The position numbers and the translations under genes are program-made. A stretch of DNA of 44,171 bases from a bacterium (GTDB lineage Bacteria > Krumholzibacteriota > Krumholzibacteriia > Krumholzibacteriales > WJIX01): contig WJIX01000148.1 of the NCBI GenBank assembly GCA_014730075.1, forward strand, positions 1-44,171, written 5' to 3'. Below, one piece after another: positions 10,013-18,469 of the stretch. The notes under the pieces were generated by a model. It was given only the letters and a program-made list of their open reading frames with translations. It had not been told where the DNA came from and did no database searches. The stretch's first letter is position 1, and each line of letters starts with the position of its first letter.

Positions 10013-10753
10013 TTACCGCCCGGCCTCCACCGCCCTTACGAATACTTCGTTCATGCTATTTCCGCGGTACTCCTTCTTCAGCCTGGCGGGGGTGTCCAGC
10101 GCCCTTATCCGGCCGTCCACCATGATGGTCACCCTTTCGCAGTACTCCGCCTCATCCATGTAGTGGGTAGTAACAAAAACCGTTTTCCCCCGCCCTGCAA
10201 TCCGGTAGATCATATCCCAGAACTGCCGCCTGGTAACAGGATCAACCCCGCTGGTCGGCTCGTCCAGAAACACAATCGGCGGATCATGGAGAATGGCAAC
10301 GCACAGGGCCGCCTTCTGCCTCCAGCCCAGAGGTATACCCGCAACCCTTCTGTTCTTTATCTCTTCCAGTCCAAGCTCGCCCAGCAGGTAGTCCCCCCGC
10401 CGATTTATTTACTTCATGGACAGGCCGTAAATACCTCCATAAAAACGGATGTTCTCATAGACGGTCAGGTCCTGGTAGAGGGAGAACTTCTGGCTCATAT
10501 ACCCTATATTCTCCTTGATTCTGTCCGCCTGATCATATACATCCCATCCGGCAACGGTTATCCTGCCTGAGGTCGGCTTAAGAAGACCGGCCAGTATCTT
10601 GATTGCGGTGGTCTTTCCCGCACCGTTGGGCCCCAGAAAGCCGAATATCTCGCCCTTTTTCACCTGGAAACTCAGGTTATCATTGGCCACGAAATCCCCG
10701 AACTTCCTTACCATACTTTCAACTTCAATTATATACTGGCCTGCTTCATTCAC
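10013..10753 (-). pseudogene. ABC transporter ATP-binding protein interrupted by one in-frame TAA (codon 115; + strand 10409-10411)
   Basis: ORFs 10409..10753 and 10013..10273 are in the same frame. The 135 nt between them translate without stops as INRRGDYLLGELGLEEIKNRRVAGIPLGWRQKAALCVAILHDPPI. This joins Walker A (GPNGAGKTT) to Walker B (IVFLDEPTSGVDP). Confidence 0.8.
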
Positions 10754-11696
10754 CCTGGGCCGCCTCCCCGGTCATCAGCTTGATAAATGAATCCTCGATA
10801 GAAGGTTTGATCCTTTCTATCTCTATATCTGAATGGTTTCTGTCGCAGAGGTGCCTGCGCGTTCTCTCCAGAATATCCTTGTCATCCCTGATGGAAAAAT
10901 GGACAGAATCGCCGAACCGGTGAGCGCTGGCCGAATCATCCAGCGCTTCCAGGTCTTCGCTGAGACTCGCCATCCTGCTGGTACGGACCTGGTATAGAGA
11001 TCCGGGGTACCGGTCCACGATACTCTCCGGGCTGTCTATCGTCATTATCGCGCCCTCCTGCATCAATGCGACACGGTCGCATTTCTGTGCCTCATCCATG
11101 TAAGGAGTCGACACAATGATGGTAATCCCCGAATCCCTGAGCTCGAAAAGCATTTCCCACAGCTGGTTTCTGCTGACAGCGTCAACACCTGTATTGGGCT
11201 CGTCCAGAAAAAGCAGCCGGGGGTGGTGAACCAGGGCGCATGAGAGGGCCAGCTTCTGTTTCATCCCTCCCGAAAGGTCCGCAGCCCTCCTGCCTGCGAA
11301 TCTCTCAATATGTGAATATATCGGACTGATCAGGTGGTAGTTCTCATCAATGGTGGTGTTGAATACCGCGGCAAAGAAATTCAGGTTCTCCTTAACGGTG
11401 AGGTCGCCATAGAGAGAGAACGACCCTGGCATATAACCGATTATCCTTCTGACCTTTCTGAAGTCCCTGACTGCATCCAGCCCCTCCACCAGGGCTTTGC
11501 CGGAGTCGGGGAGAATCAGGGTGGCCAGGATTCTGAGGAGAGTGGTCTTGCCTGCTCCGTCCGGGCCGATCAGCCCGAATATTTCCCGGCGGCCCACCCC
11601 GAAATTTATATCGCGGATGCCGGTTACATTCCCGTAATACTTTGTCAGACTGACAATTTCTACCGGATAATCATCTCCGGTCATTTCATTCTTCAA
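10746..11696 (-). CDS. ABC transporter ATP-binding protein (first NBD of a split YbhF-like pair)
   Basis: Walker A GPDGAGKTT, signature LSGGMKQKLAL, Walker B LLFLDEPNTGVD. Overlaps the next ATPase start by 8 nt. Confidence 0.9.
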   Translation of the reverse strand: MKNEMTGDDYPVEIVSLTKYYGNVTGIRDINFGVGRREIFGLIGPDGAGKTTLLRILATLILPDSGKALVEGLDAVRDFRKVRRIIGYMPGSFSLYGDLTVKENLNFFAAVFNTTIDENYHLISPIYSHIERFAGRRAADLSGGMKQKLALSCALVHHPRLLFLDEPNTGVDAVSRNQLWEMLFELRDSGITIIVSTPYMDEAQKCDRVALMQEGAIMTIDSPESIVDRYPGSLYQVRTSRMASLSEDLEALDDSASAHRFGDSVHFSIRDDKDILERTRRHLCDRNHSDIEIERIKPSIEDSFIKLMTGEAAQGE

Positions 11697-11716
11697 TTCA
11701 GGCCCTCCGGCGATAA

Positions 11717-12610
11717 CTAATCCCTGAACCTTACTTCTGCGGGCATACCGATTTTCAGCTCCCCTCCATTTCTGACCTTAATCCTCACCGCATATACCAG
11801 GTCGACTCGCACATCCCTGGTCTGTATTATCTTGGGGGTAAATTCAGCGGTTTCCGATATCCAGGAGACTTTACCACCCAGCTTCTTCATTTCATCCCCG
11901 CTAATATCTATGAATACATCAACGGAATCCCCCGCCTGAACAGATGAGAGCTGGCTTCCGCTAATATATGCCCGAAGGTCAAGCTCGGAGAGGTCCTGAA
12001 CCCTGTACAGCGCGGTACCCGGCATTACCAGTTCGCCGCGGTACCTGTATTTTTCCAGCACCGTGCCGCTTATGGGGTTTAGTATAACCGACCGGTTTAT
12101 TGAGTCATTCACCAGGTCTATCCTGGCCCCGATGACCTCCCGGTTATGGGCCAGCCCGCTCCTGCGCCTTTCCATCGACCTTACGGCATCTCTCATGGCC
12201 TCAAGTTCTGTCCTGACAGCATCCAGCTCTCTCTCGGTAGCGGCACTGTCGCTGTACATTCCCGATATCCTCTTCCACTCCCTCTCCAGATTCCCAACCC
12301 TTTCATGCTTACCGTCTATCTCGGCGTCCAGCCCGGCTATCTCGTCCCCGGCGGCGGCAAGACTTGCCTTCAACTCTCTCCTGCGGATGGAAAAGGATGT
12401 GGTATCGACCACCGCGGCAACAGCGCCTTCTGCCAGGTACTCTCCTTCCTCTATAAAAACGCTCAGCACCCTTCCGGAAGTCTCCGCCGATACTACTGTT
12501 TCCACCGCTTCGAAGTTGCCGTAGGCATCCGCTTTCTCTTCCCCCCCGCCGCAGGAAACGGCGCTCAGAAGGTAGAGCAGCGTAACCGCCAGTTTTAATT
12601 CAAATCTCAT
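11717..12610 (-). CDS. HlyD-family periplasmic adaptor (YbhG-like), lipoprotein
   Basis: Lipobox LLSAVSCGG, coiled-coil hairpin region, C-terminal beta-barrel segment (GMPAEVRF). 4-nt overlap with the upstream TolC gene. Confidence 0.85.
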   Translation of the reverse strand: MRFELKLAVTLLYLLSAVSCGGGEEKADAYGNFEAVETVVSAETSGRVLSVFIEEGEYLAEGAVAAVVDTTSFSIRRRELKASLAAAGDEIAGLDAEIDGKHERVGNLEREWKRISGMYSDSAATERELDAVRTELEAMRDAVRSMERRRSGLAHNREVIGARIDLVNDSINRSVILNPISGTVLEKYRYRGELVMPGTALYRVQDLSELDLRAYISGSQLSSVQAGDSVDVFIDISGDEMKKLGGKVSWISETAEFTPKIIQTRDVRVDLVYAVRIKVRNGGELKIGMPAEVRFRD

Positions 12611-13932
12611 AACTCTCCTTTGATCATCAGATAATCAACCTTCGCTTTCTGCAGTCCTATCCTGTCCTTCTCCATATTGAGCCTGGCCTGCTCCAGGCGG
12701 TTTATCTCACTTATATAATCGTCCGCGGTGATATCGCCGTTTCGGAACCGCGACCTCTTTACCTCGGCTATCCTTTCTCTCAATCGCAGAATCTGCCGGT
12801 CCTTTTCAAGCATTCTGTCATATTTCTCGATGGAGCGCCCGGCGTTTCTGAGCTGAGCGGATATATTCCTCATCAGCGATTCCCTGCTCCTTTTTATTAT
12901 TCTCCCATTGATCCGCCTGATATCCCGCTCCCTGCTGTTATCGCCCCAGTCGAACGGATTCCAGGATAAGACCACTCCGGCCATATAATAGGAATCAAAT
13001 TGATCGCTCATCATGTTCAGGCCGGGCCTTCCGTAGCCGAGGGTGGCGAATCCGTGTATTCTGGGCAGGCTCTCCCTGAAGATCAGCTTCTCCGCCGAAT
13101 GGGCCCTCTCCATCTGAAGATCGAGAACCTCAAGCTCGGGCCTTTTATACCTGGGCGATTCCTCCCGGGGATATGGACAGCTGAATTCCGGAATAACCAG
13201 TACGGCAGAGGTATCAATTGCAATACCGGCAATCTCTTCCACGGCTTCAAAAGCGGAGCAGAGCTCCATCTGAATAGATATTACTTTCTGTTCGCTCTGG
13301 ATTATCCTGGTTTCAAGTTCACGCACTGCCGATTCTCTAACCGCCCCATGTACCAGTCCGGACTGGAGCATCTTGCGCTGCTCGCTCAGATCGGCGGTGA
13401 CCGTCCCGGCAATCCCCATTTCCTTTCTGAGAGTGAGAATGGCAAAATAGTATCCGGTTATGATTTCCTTTATGCGGTAATACTCCGACTCCACCTCTTT
13501 CTGATCCACGGCCGCTTCCTTCTCCAGAAGTTCATTCCTCGCCGAGGTAACCCCCCCGTCAAAAATCATCTGGCTTACCTTCAGCTCCGCCCTGTACTGA
13601 TCCTTCTCCGGAGAAGGAAAACTCAATTCGCCTATCTGCAATTCCGGAGGAAACTCCGGATCAATACTGGTTACCTCAGATTGATAAACAGCGCTTCCCT
13701 CCAGGTCGAACTGCGGCAGCCAGCTGAAATTAATACTTCTGCGGGAGAGAGTGCTTCTTCGTTCTATCAATCCAGCTTTCTTCAGGGCCGGATGGCCCTC
13801 TGCCACGACCCGGTACAGCCCCTTCAGGGTCAGGGTATCCGGGGCCGGATGAGCATGGCAGCCCCATGGAATCGAAGAGAACAGAAATACCGCAAGAGAT
13901 ATGCTCAGAATAGTCCGCTGCCTGCTGATCAT
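12607..13932 (-). CDS. TolC-family outer-membrane efflux protein
   Basis: Signal peptide, two-repeat OEP architecture with long helical segments, 441 aa. Sits between the TetR and HlyD genes. Confidence 0.85.
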   Translation of the reverse strand: MISRQRTILSISLAVFLFSSIPWGCHAHPAPDTLTLKGLYRVVAEGHPALKKAGLIERRSTLSRRSINFSWLPQFDLEGSAVYQSEVTSIDPEFPPELQIGELSFPSPEKDQYRAELKVSQMIFDGGVTSARNELLEKEAAVDQKEVESEYYRIKEIITGYYFAILTLRKEMGIAGTVTADLSEQRKMLQSGLVHGAVRESAVRELETRIIQSEQKVISIQMELCSAFEAVEEIAGIAIDTSAVLVIPEFSCPYPREESPRYKRPELEVLDLQMERAHSAEKLIFRESLPRIHGFATLGYGRPGLNMMSDQFDSYYMAGVVLSWNPFDWGDNSRERDIRRINGRIIKRSRESLMRNISAQLRNAGRSIEKYDRMLEKDRQILRLRERIAEVKRSRFRNGDITADDYISEINRLEQARLNMEKDRIGLQKAKVDYLMIKGEL

Positions 13933-13938
13933 GTCCGG

Positions 13939-14568
13939 TTATCCTTTCCTTATTGAATCAATGATAAATTTCGGTACATGCTCTTTTCTCTGTTTCAGGA
14001 ACCGGTCGTAGAGTTCACTCCTGCCGGGAAAGGCAATCCTCTCTATCAGAGGGCGGGCGATGAAGGGAAATGCCGACATCGAGATAATATTGACCATCAG
14101 GTGAGCCGGATCTATATCTATTATCCTTCCGGCTTCAATTTCTCTTCTCAGATCCCTTCTGATTGCCTCCACCGGGTCGATCCCAAGCCCGCGGAATGTT
14201 GAAAGTATGGTATCGGCGAGCCGTTCCGGGGAGTTGCCCAGCGCCTGAATGATGAAGATGGGGAATTTGGGATGGGCTTCAACCACTTCGATATATCCCC
14301 GTATGAACCTCTCAATCTTTTCGAAGAATGGGATATCCTCATCAAGGACAGCAAAGACTCCCGGGAATAACCTGGGTACTATCCTCTTGAATACCTCGAA
14401 GAAGAGCCGGTCCTTTGAGCGGAAATAATAATGAAGAAGAGCCTGGTTTATTCCTGCCTTATCGGCAATATCCCTCATCCTGGCTCCCGATTTTCCCTTA
14501 CTGGTAAATACCTCTTCGGCGGCCTCTATTATCTTTTCCTCAGTAGTCAACTCTATCTCAGGTACCAT
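13939..14568 (-). CDS. TetR/AcrR-family transcriptional regulator
   Basis: HTH segment GARMRDIADKAGINQALLHYYFRSKDRLF. First gene of the exporter operon, as in the cecR-ybhGFSR arrangement. Confidence 0.9.
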   Translation of the reverse strand: MVPEIELTTEEKIIEAAEEVFTSKGKSGARMRDIADKAGINQALLHYYFRSKDRLFFEVFKRIVPRLFPGVFAVLDEDIPFFEKIERFIRGYIEVVEAHPKFPIFIIQALGNSPERLADTILSTFRGLGIDPVEAIRRDLRREIEAGRIIDIDPAHLMVNIISMSAFPFIARPLIERIAFPGRSELYDRFLKQRKEHVPKFIIDSIRKG

Positions 14569-14570
14569 TA

Positions 14571-14617
14571 TTAATTATCCGGTTTAATCATTAGGTTTAA
14601 TTATTTAGTTAATTATA
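14571..14617. promoter_or_regulatory. AT-rich repeat cluster, candidate TetR operator region
   Basis: TTAATTA occurs three times (14571, 14598, 14609). GGTTTAAT occurs twice, 13 nt apart (14581, 14594), directly upstream of the TetR start. Confidence 0.25.
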
Positions 14618-14706
14618 TACCATACCGGATATGATGTCAAGGGGATATTGATAATCAGCAAGGCAGGCCATAAGCTTCTTACTATTAATGGTTTCAGCAT
14701 TTCCCC

Positions 14707-14735
14707 TGGACGTACGGGCCGCCACTGAATATAAT
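14707..14735 (+). promoter_or_regulatory. Candidate promoter for the SLC13/SulP pair (TGGACG-N17-TATAAT)
   Basis: Hexamers read at 14707-14712 and 14730-14735, about 35 nt upstream of the 14771 start. Confidence 0.3.
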
Positions 14736-14770
14736 AACTCAAGAAAATTACGTCTTAGCGCCGGAGGATT

Positions 14771-16552
14771 ATGGGACCAGAGGTAATTTTTGTTTTTGCC
14801 CTTATAACAGGTGCGGTCATTCTCTTCATGACCGAATACATTCCATTTGAAATAACAGCCCTGCTCATTGCCACCTCTCTTATGGCAACCGGGATACTGG
14901 ATCTTTCGGAGGGGCTTTCCGGCCTGAGCAACCAGGCCACAGTGACCATAGGGTGTATGTTCATAATCAGCGAGGGGCTTCGCAAGGCGGGTATACTGAG
15001 AGCGGTAGGCTCGCTGTTTACCCGGGCCGGAAAGAAGAATTTCTGGCTCGCGGTCATAACAATCCTCCTGATTACCGGGGTGGTCTCCGGATTCATGAAT
15101 AATACCGCGGCGGTGGCTATCTTCATACCAGTGGTCATAACCGTTTCCAGAGCCCTGAAGGTCTCCCCCTCTAAACTGCTTATCCCCCTCTCCTACATCT
15201 CGATATGCGGGGGAGTGTGCACCCTGATAGGGACCTCCACCAACATCCTGGTCAATTCCATAGCCTCGGACAGCGGGTTCCGCCCCCTGAGCATGTTTGA
15301 ATTTCTGCCCATGGGAATCATCTTCCTTGCCGGGGGATTTATCTATCTGATGCTTTACGGGATAAGGAGGCTCCCCGACCACAAGCAGGAAGACGATCTT
15401 TCATCCCGGTATGAAATGGAGGATAACATCTCGGATATCGAACTGACACCCTCATACGAAAATCTGGGGTGCGATCTGGAAGATTGCAAGCTGACCAATG
15501 GGCTGGACCTGGATGTGCTGAGACTGTTCAAGAAAACCAGCCCTTCTCAGGGAGCGGGAAGAACCCAGTCTGACCTGGAAGAGGGGGACATTATCAGGAT
15601 CAGGGGCAAGGCCAGTGAAGTAGACAAGATAAAGGGCAGAGACCAGTTGATCGTCAAATCACTTCCGGTGGTCAGGGATACAGACCTTGAGCAGGGCCGT
15701 GACATACTCCTGGAGGTATCCGCCAATCCGAATTCCACCCTGATCGGAAAGAAACTTGAGGATATAAACCTGAGGGAGCTCTTCGGCGCCATCGTTCTGG
15801 GGATCCGCCACAGGGGGAAGAAGATCGACCGGAATATAAATAAGATCCGGTTATCCCGCGGCGACACCCTTCTGCTCTCCATGGAGAGAAGCAGGGTCCC
15901 TCAGGTGGAAGGCAACCCCGATTTCCTGGTAATCTCCAAGATCGAGCTCCCGGTATACAAGACCGGGAAGATTATCTGTGCTGCCTCTATCCTGGCCGGA
16001 GTAGTGCTGGCCGCCTCCTTCCACCTGATTCCCATAGCGCTGGCAGCACTGATCGGAAGCATACTTTTCATAATAACCGGCTGCCTCAAGACTACCGAAG
16101 CGTACAATGCTGTTAACTGGAAGGTGATATTCCTGCTGGCCGGTATCCTTCCTCTGGGAATCGCAATGGAGAAGACCGGCGCCGCGGGGATCCTGTCCGG
16201 AGTTCTCATGAGAACACTGAATCCCCTGGGGCCGCGGGCCATACTTTCGGGGTTCTTCCTCATTACCATGATCAGCTCCAACATAATCTCCAACCAGGCA
16301 GCCGCGGTTCTTTTCACCCCCATAGCGATCTATACGGCCACGGAGCTCGGAGTAAATCCCAGGACCTTTATTTTTACCGTAGCTTTCGCCGCCTCTCTCA
16401 ACTTTCTCACGCCGGTGAGCTACCCCACAAACGCACTGGTCTACAGCCCGGGCAGATACAGGTTCCTGGATTACTCCATTGTAGGGGGGCCGCTGAGTAT
16501 AATATTCTGGATACTGGGATCTCTACTTATCCCTATTATATGGCCATTGTAA
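14771..16552 (+). CDS. SLC13/DASS-family anion permease with central TrkA-C (RCK_C) domains
   Basis: N- and C-terminal multi-TM halves ([16 protein letters not shown]; [19 protein letters not shown]). These flank a soluble insert of about 170 aa with two RCK_C-like units ([16 protein letters not shown]; [13 protein letters not shown]). Confidence 0.85.
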   Translation: MGPEVIFVFALITGAVILFMTEYIPFEITALLIATSLMATGILDLSEGLSGLSNQATVTIGCMFIISEGLRKAGILRAVGSLFTRAGKKNFWLAVITILLITGVVSGFMNNTAAVAIFIPVVITVSRALKVSPSKLLIPLSYISICGGVCTLIGTSTNILVNSIASDSGFRPLSMFEFLPMGIIFLAGGFIYLMLYGIRRLPDHKQEDDLSSRYEMEDNISDIELTPSYENLGCDLEDCKLTNGLDLDVLRLFKKTSPSQGAGRTQSDLEEGDIIRIRGKASEVDKIKGRDQLIVKSLPVVRDTDLEQGRDILLEVSANPNSTLIGKKLEDINLRELFGAIVLGIRHRGKKIDRNINKIRLSRGDTLLLSMERSRVPQVEGNPDFLVISKIELPVYKTGKIICAASILAGVVLAASFHLIPIALAALIGSILFIITGCLKTTEAYNAVNWKVIFLLAGILPLGIAMEKTGAAGILSGVLMRTLNPLGPRAILSGFFLITMISSNIISNQAAAVLFTPIAIYTATELGVNPRTFIFTVAFAASLNFLTPVSYPTNALVYSPGRYRFLDYSIVGGPLSIIFWILGSLLIPIIWPL

Positions 16553-16556
16553 TAAA

Positions 16557-18338
16557 ATGAATATGCTGAAGGCAAAAATCAGGAACGTTGCGGATATTTT
16601 CACTTTCGGAAAGTGGCTGAAAGGTTACTCCTTCCCGATGCTGGCCAGAGACCTTCAGGCCGGTCTGACCGTGGGGGTAATGCTGGTTCCCCAATGCATG
16701 GCCTACGCTGTTATCGCCGGGATGCCTCCTGTCTATGGTCTCTATGCTTCCCTGATACCACTCCTGGTATATCCGCTCTTCGGTACTTCCAGGCACCTGG
16801 CCCTGGGAGTGGTCGCCCTGGATATGATAATCATATTCGAAGGGGTCGGTAAAATTGCCGTTCCGGGGACACCCGAATATATATCGCTTGTCATCCTCCT
16901 GGCACTACTGGCAGGGCTTCTTCAGGTTATCATGTCCTGGGCGAAGCTGGGATTCCTGGTGAATTACCTCTCCAGGCCTGTGATTGTAGGTTTTACCAGC
17001 GCGGCCGCGGTAATTATAGTTTTTGGCCAGGCGGGGAGCCTGCTGGGGCTGTCGCTGGAACGTTCCTCCTACCTTGCCGGAACCATCGGGGAACTGGCTG
17101 GTGGAATAGGGATGGCCAACACTGCGTCTATCATCATCGGGTCGGGCAGTATTGCTCTCATACTGATCTTCAAACTCTGGAAACCTGTATTCCCGGTGGC
17201 GCTGGCTGTTATTGTTATTGGCACTCTGGCCTGTTTTCTGCTGGAGCTTCCTTCTCATGGGGTAGAAACAGCCGGCTACATACCATCCGGGCTGCCATCG
17301 ATACAATTTCCCCCGGTCAGCATGACCGCCCTCAGACAGCTCTTTTCAACTGCGGTCACCCTGGCTCTGGTTCAGTTCATGACAGTGGTCTCGCTGGGAA
17401 GAACCTACGCCGCCAGGCACAGATACTCCATCGACTCCAACCGGGAGCTTTTCGCCCTGGGGGTTTCCAATATCCTCAACAGCTTTCTCCGCGGGATGCC
17501 GGCATCGGCCAGCTTTTCCAGGTCTGCGGTTAACGAGCAGGCCGATTCCAGAACACCCTTTTCCAACATCTTCGCGGGATTTATCGTTTTCATTACACTG
17601 CTTCTTTTAACCCCAGTATTCGAATACCTGCCCACCGCTGTACTGGCCGCCATAGTGATTACGGCAGCGGTTAACCTGATAGATATAGGTTCGCTGAAGT
17701 GGCTGCTGCGGACCAAGAGAAGGGACGGGCTGATCGCGCTTTTCACCTTTGCCATCACACTCCTGATTGGCATTCAGGAAGGTATCCTGATCGGTATCAG
17801 CGTATCCCTGCTTGCCCTTCTCTACCGGGAAAGCCATCCAAATGTTGCCGAGCTGGGACACCTCCTGGGTACCCGCTCATTCAAGGACCTGAAAAGATTC
17901 GCCGAGGCGGATAAAATAGAGAGGATAATGATCCTCAGGATAGATGCCTCCTTCTCCTTCACCAACGCTGAATTCTTCAAAGATTATATTCTCAGGAAAT
18001 CCCTTTCGCAGAACGAGGAAATCGAGGCGGTAATCATAGATGGGAGCACCATCAACGACCTCGACACCACCGCCCTGGAGGCCCTCCGTCTGGTCATTGA
18101 AACCCTCAAGAAATGGAATGTCGAATTTCATATCAGCGGGTTGAAGGGGCCGGTGAGAGATGTAATAAAAAAAGCCGGATTATACGAAATGATCGGAGAA
18201 GAGAAGATATCCAGGAGCCCGCACCAGGCTGTAATTAATATACTCTCCCGCTGGGAGAAAGAGACTGAGGACCGGCAATGCCTGGACAGATACCATAGAA
18301 GAACCGAATGCGAACCCCCCGGCAACCAGCACAGATAA
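16557..18338 (+). CDS. SulP-family inorganic anion transporter with C-terminal STAS domain
   Basis: VPQCMAYAVIAGMPPVYGLYASLIPLLVYPLFGTSRHLALG is a classical SulP N-terminal motif. STAS segment: ILRIDASFSFTNAEFF...DLDTTALEAL. Starts 4 nt after the SLC13 stop. Confidence 0.9.
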   Translation: MNMLKAKIRNVADIFTFGKWLKGYSFPMLARDLQAGLTVGVMLVPQCMAYAVIAGMPPVYGLYASLIPLLVYPLFGTSRHLALGVVALDMIIIFEGVGKIAVPGTPEYISLVILLALLAGLLQVIMSWAKLGFLVNYLSRPVIVGFTSAAAVIIVFGQAGSLLGLSLERSSYLAGTIGELAGGIGMANTASIIIGSGSIALILIFKLWKPVFPVALAVIVIGTLACFLLELPSHGVETAGYIPSGLPSIQFPPVSMTALRQLFSTAVTLALVQFMTVVSLGRTYAARHRYSIDSNRELFALGVSNILNSFLRGMPASASFSRSAVNEQADSRTPFSNIFAGFIVFITLLLLTPVFEYLPTAVLAAIVITAAVNLIDIGSLKWLLRTKRRDGLIALFTFAITLLIGIQEGILIGISVSLLALLYRESHPNVAELGHLLGTRSFKDLKRFAEADKIERIMILRIDASFSFTNAEFFKDYILRKSLSQNEEIEAVIIDGSTINDLDTTALEALRLVIETLKKWNVEFHISGLKGPVRDVIKKAGLYEMIGEEKISRSPHQAVINILSRWEKETEDRQCLDRYHRRTECEPPGNQHR

Positions 18339-18393
18339 TCTTTCAACCCATAGTGCTTAATAAGTTTCCACGATTTAAATAATAAAATAATCC

Positions 18394-18422
18394 TTCCAAT
18401 AATTGAGCAAAAATGTTACAAT
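18394..18422 (+). promoter_or_regulatory. Candidate extended -10 promoter (TGtTACAAT)
   Basis: TGTTACAAT at 18414-18422 in an AT-rich gap. The -35 (TTCCAA) is weak. About 45 nt upstream of the TTG start at 18470. Confidence 0.3.
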
Positions 18423-18469
18423 AGTGCAATAATTGGCTTTTATCTTATTTACCTAAGGGAGGATCTGTT

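Noticed and set aside
10409-10411. In-frame TAA as evidence of stop-codon reassignment.
   Set aside because: TAA, TAG and TGA all terminate well-delimited genes in this window (for example 1210-1212 TAA, 2124-2126 TAG, 5827-5829 TGA). No other gene shows internal stops.
13000-13956. 318-aa + strand ORF antisense to TolC. Similar long shadow ORFs: 14609..15382(-), 25573..26439(-), 24904..25536(-), 34989..35738(-), 35942..36583(+), 8869..9495(+), 4581..5153(-), 19424..20017(-).
   Set aside because: All lie fully inside confidently assigned genes on the opposite strand or in another frame. Their compositions are Arg/Pro/His-rich or otherwise non-protein-like. None has a supporting RBS or motif.
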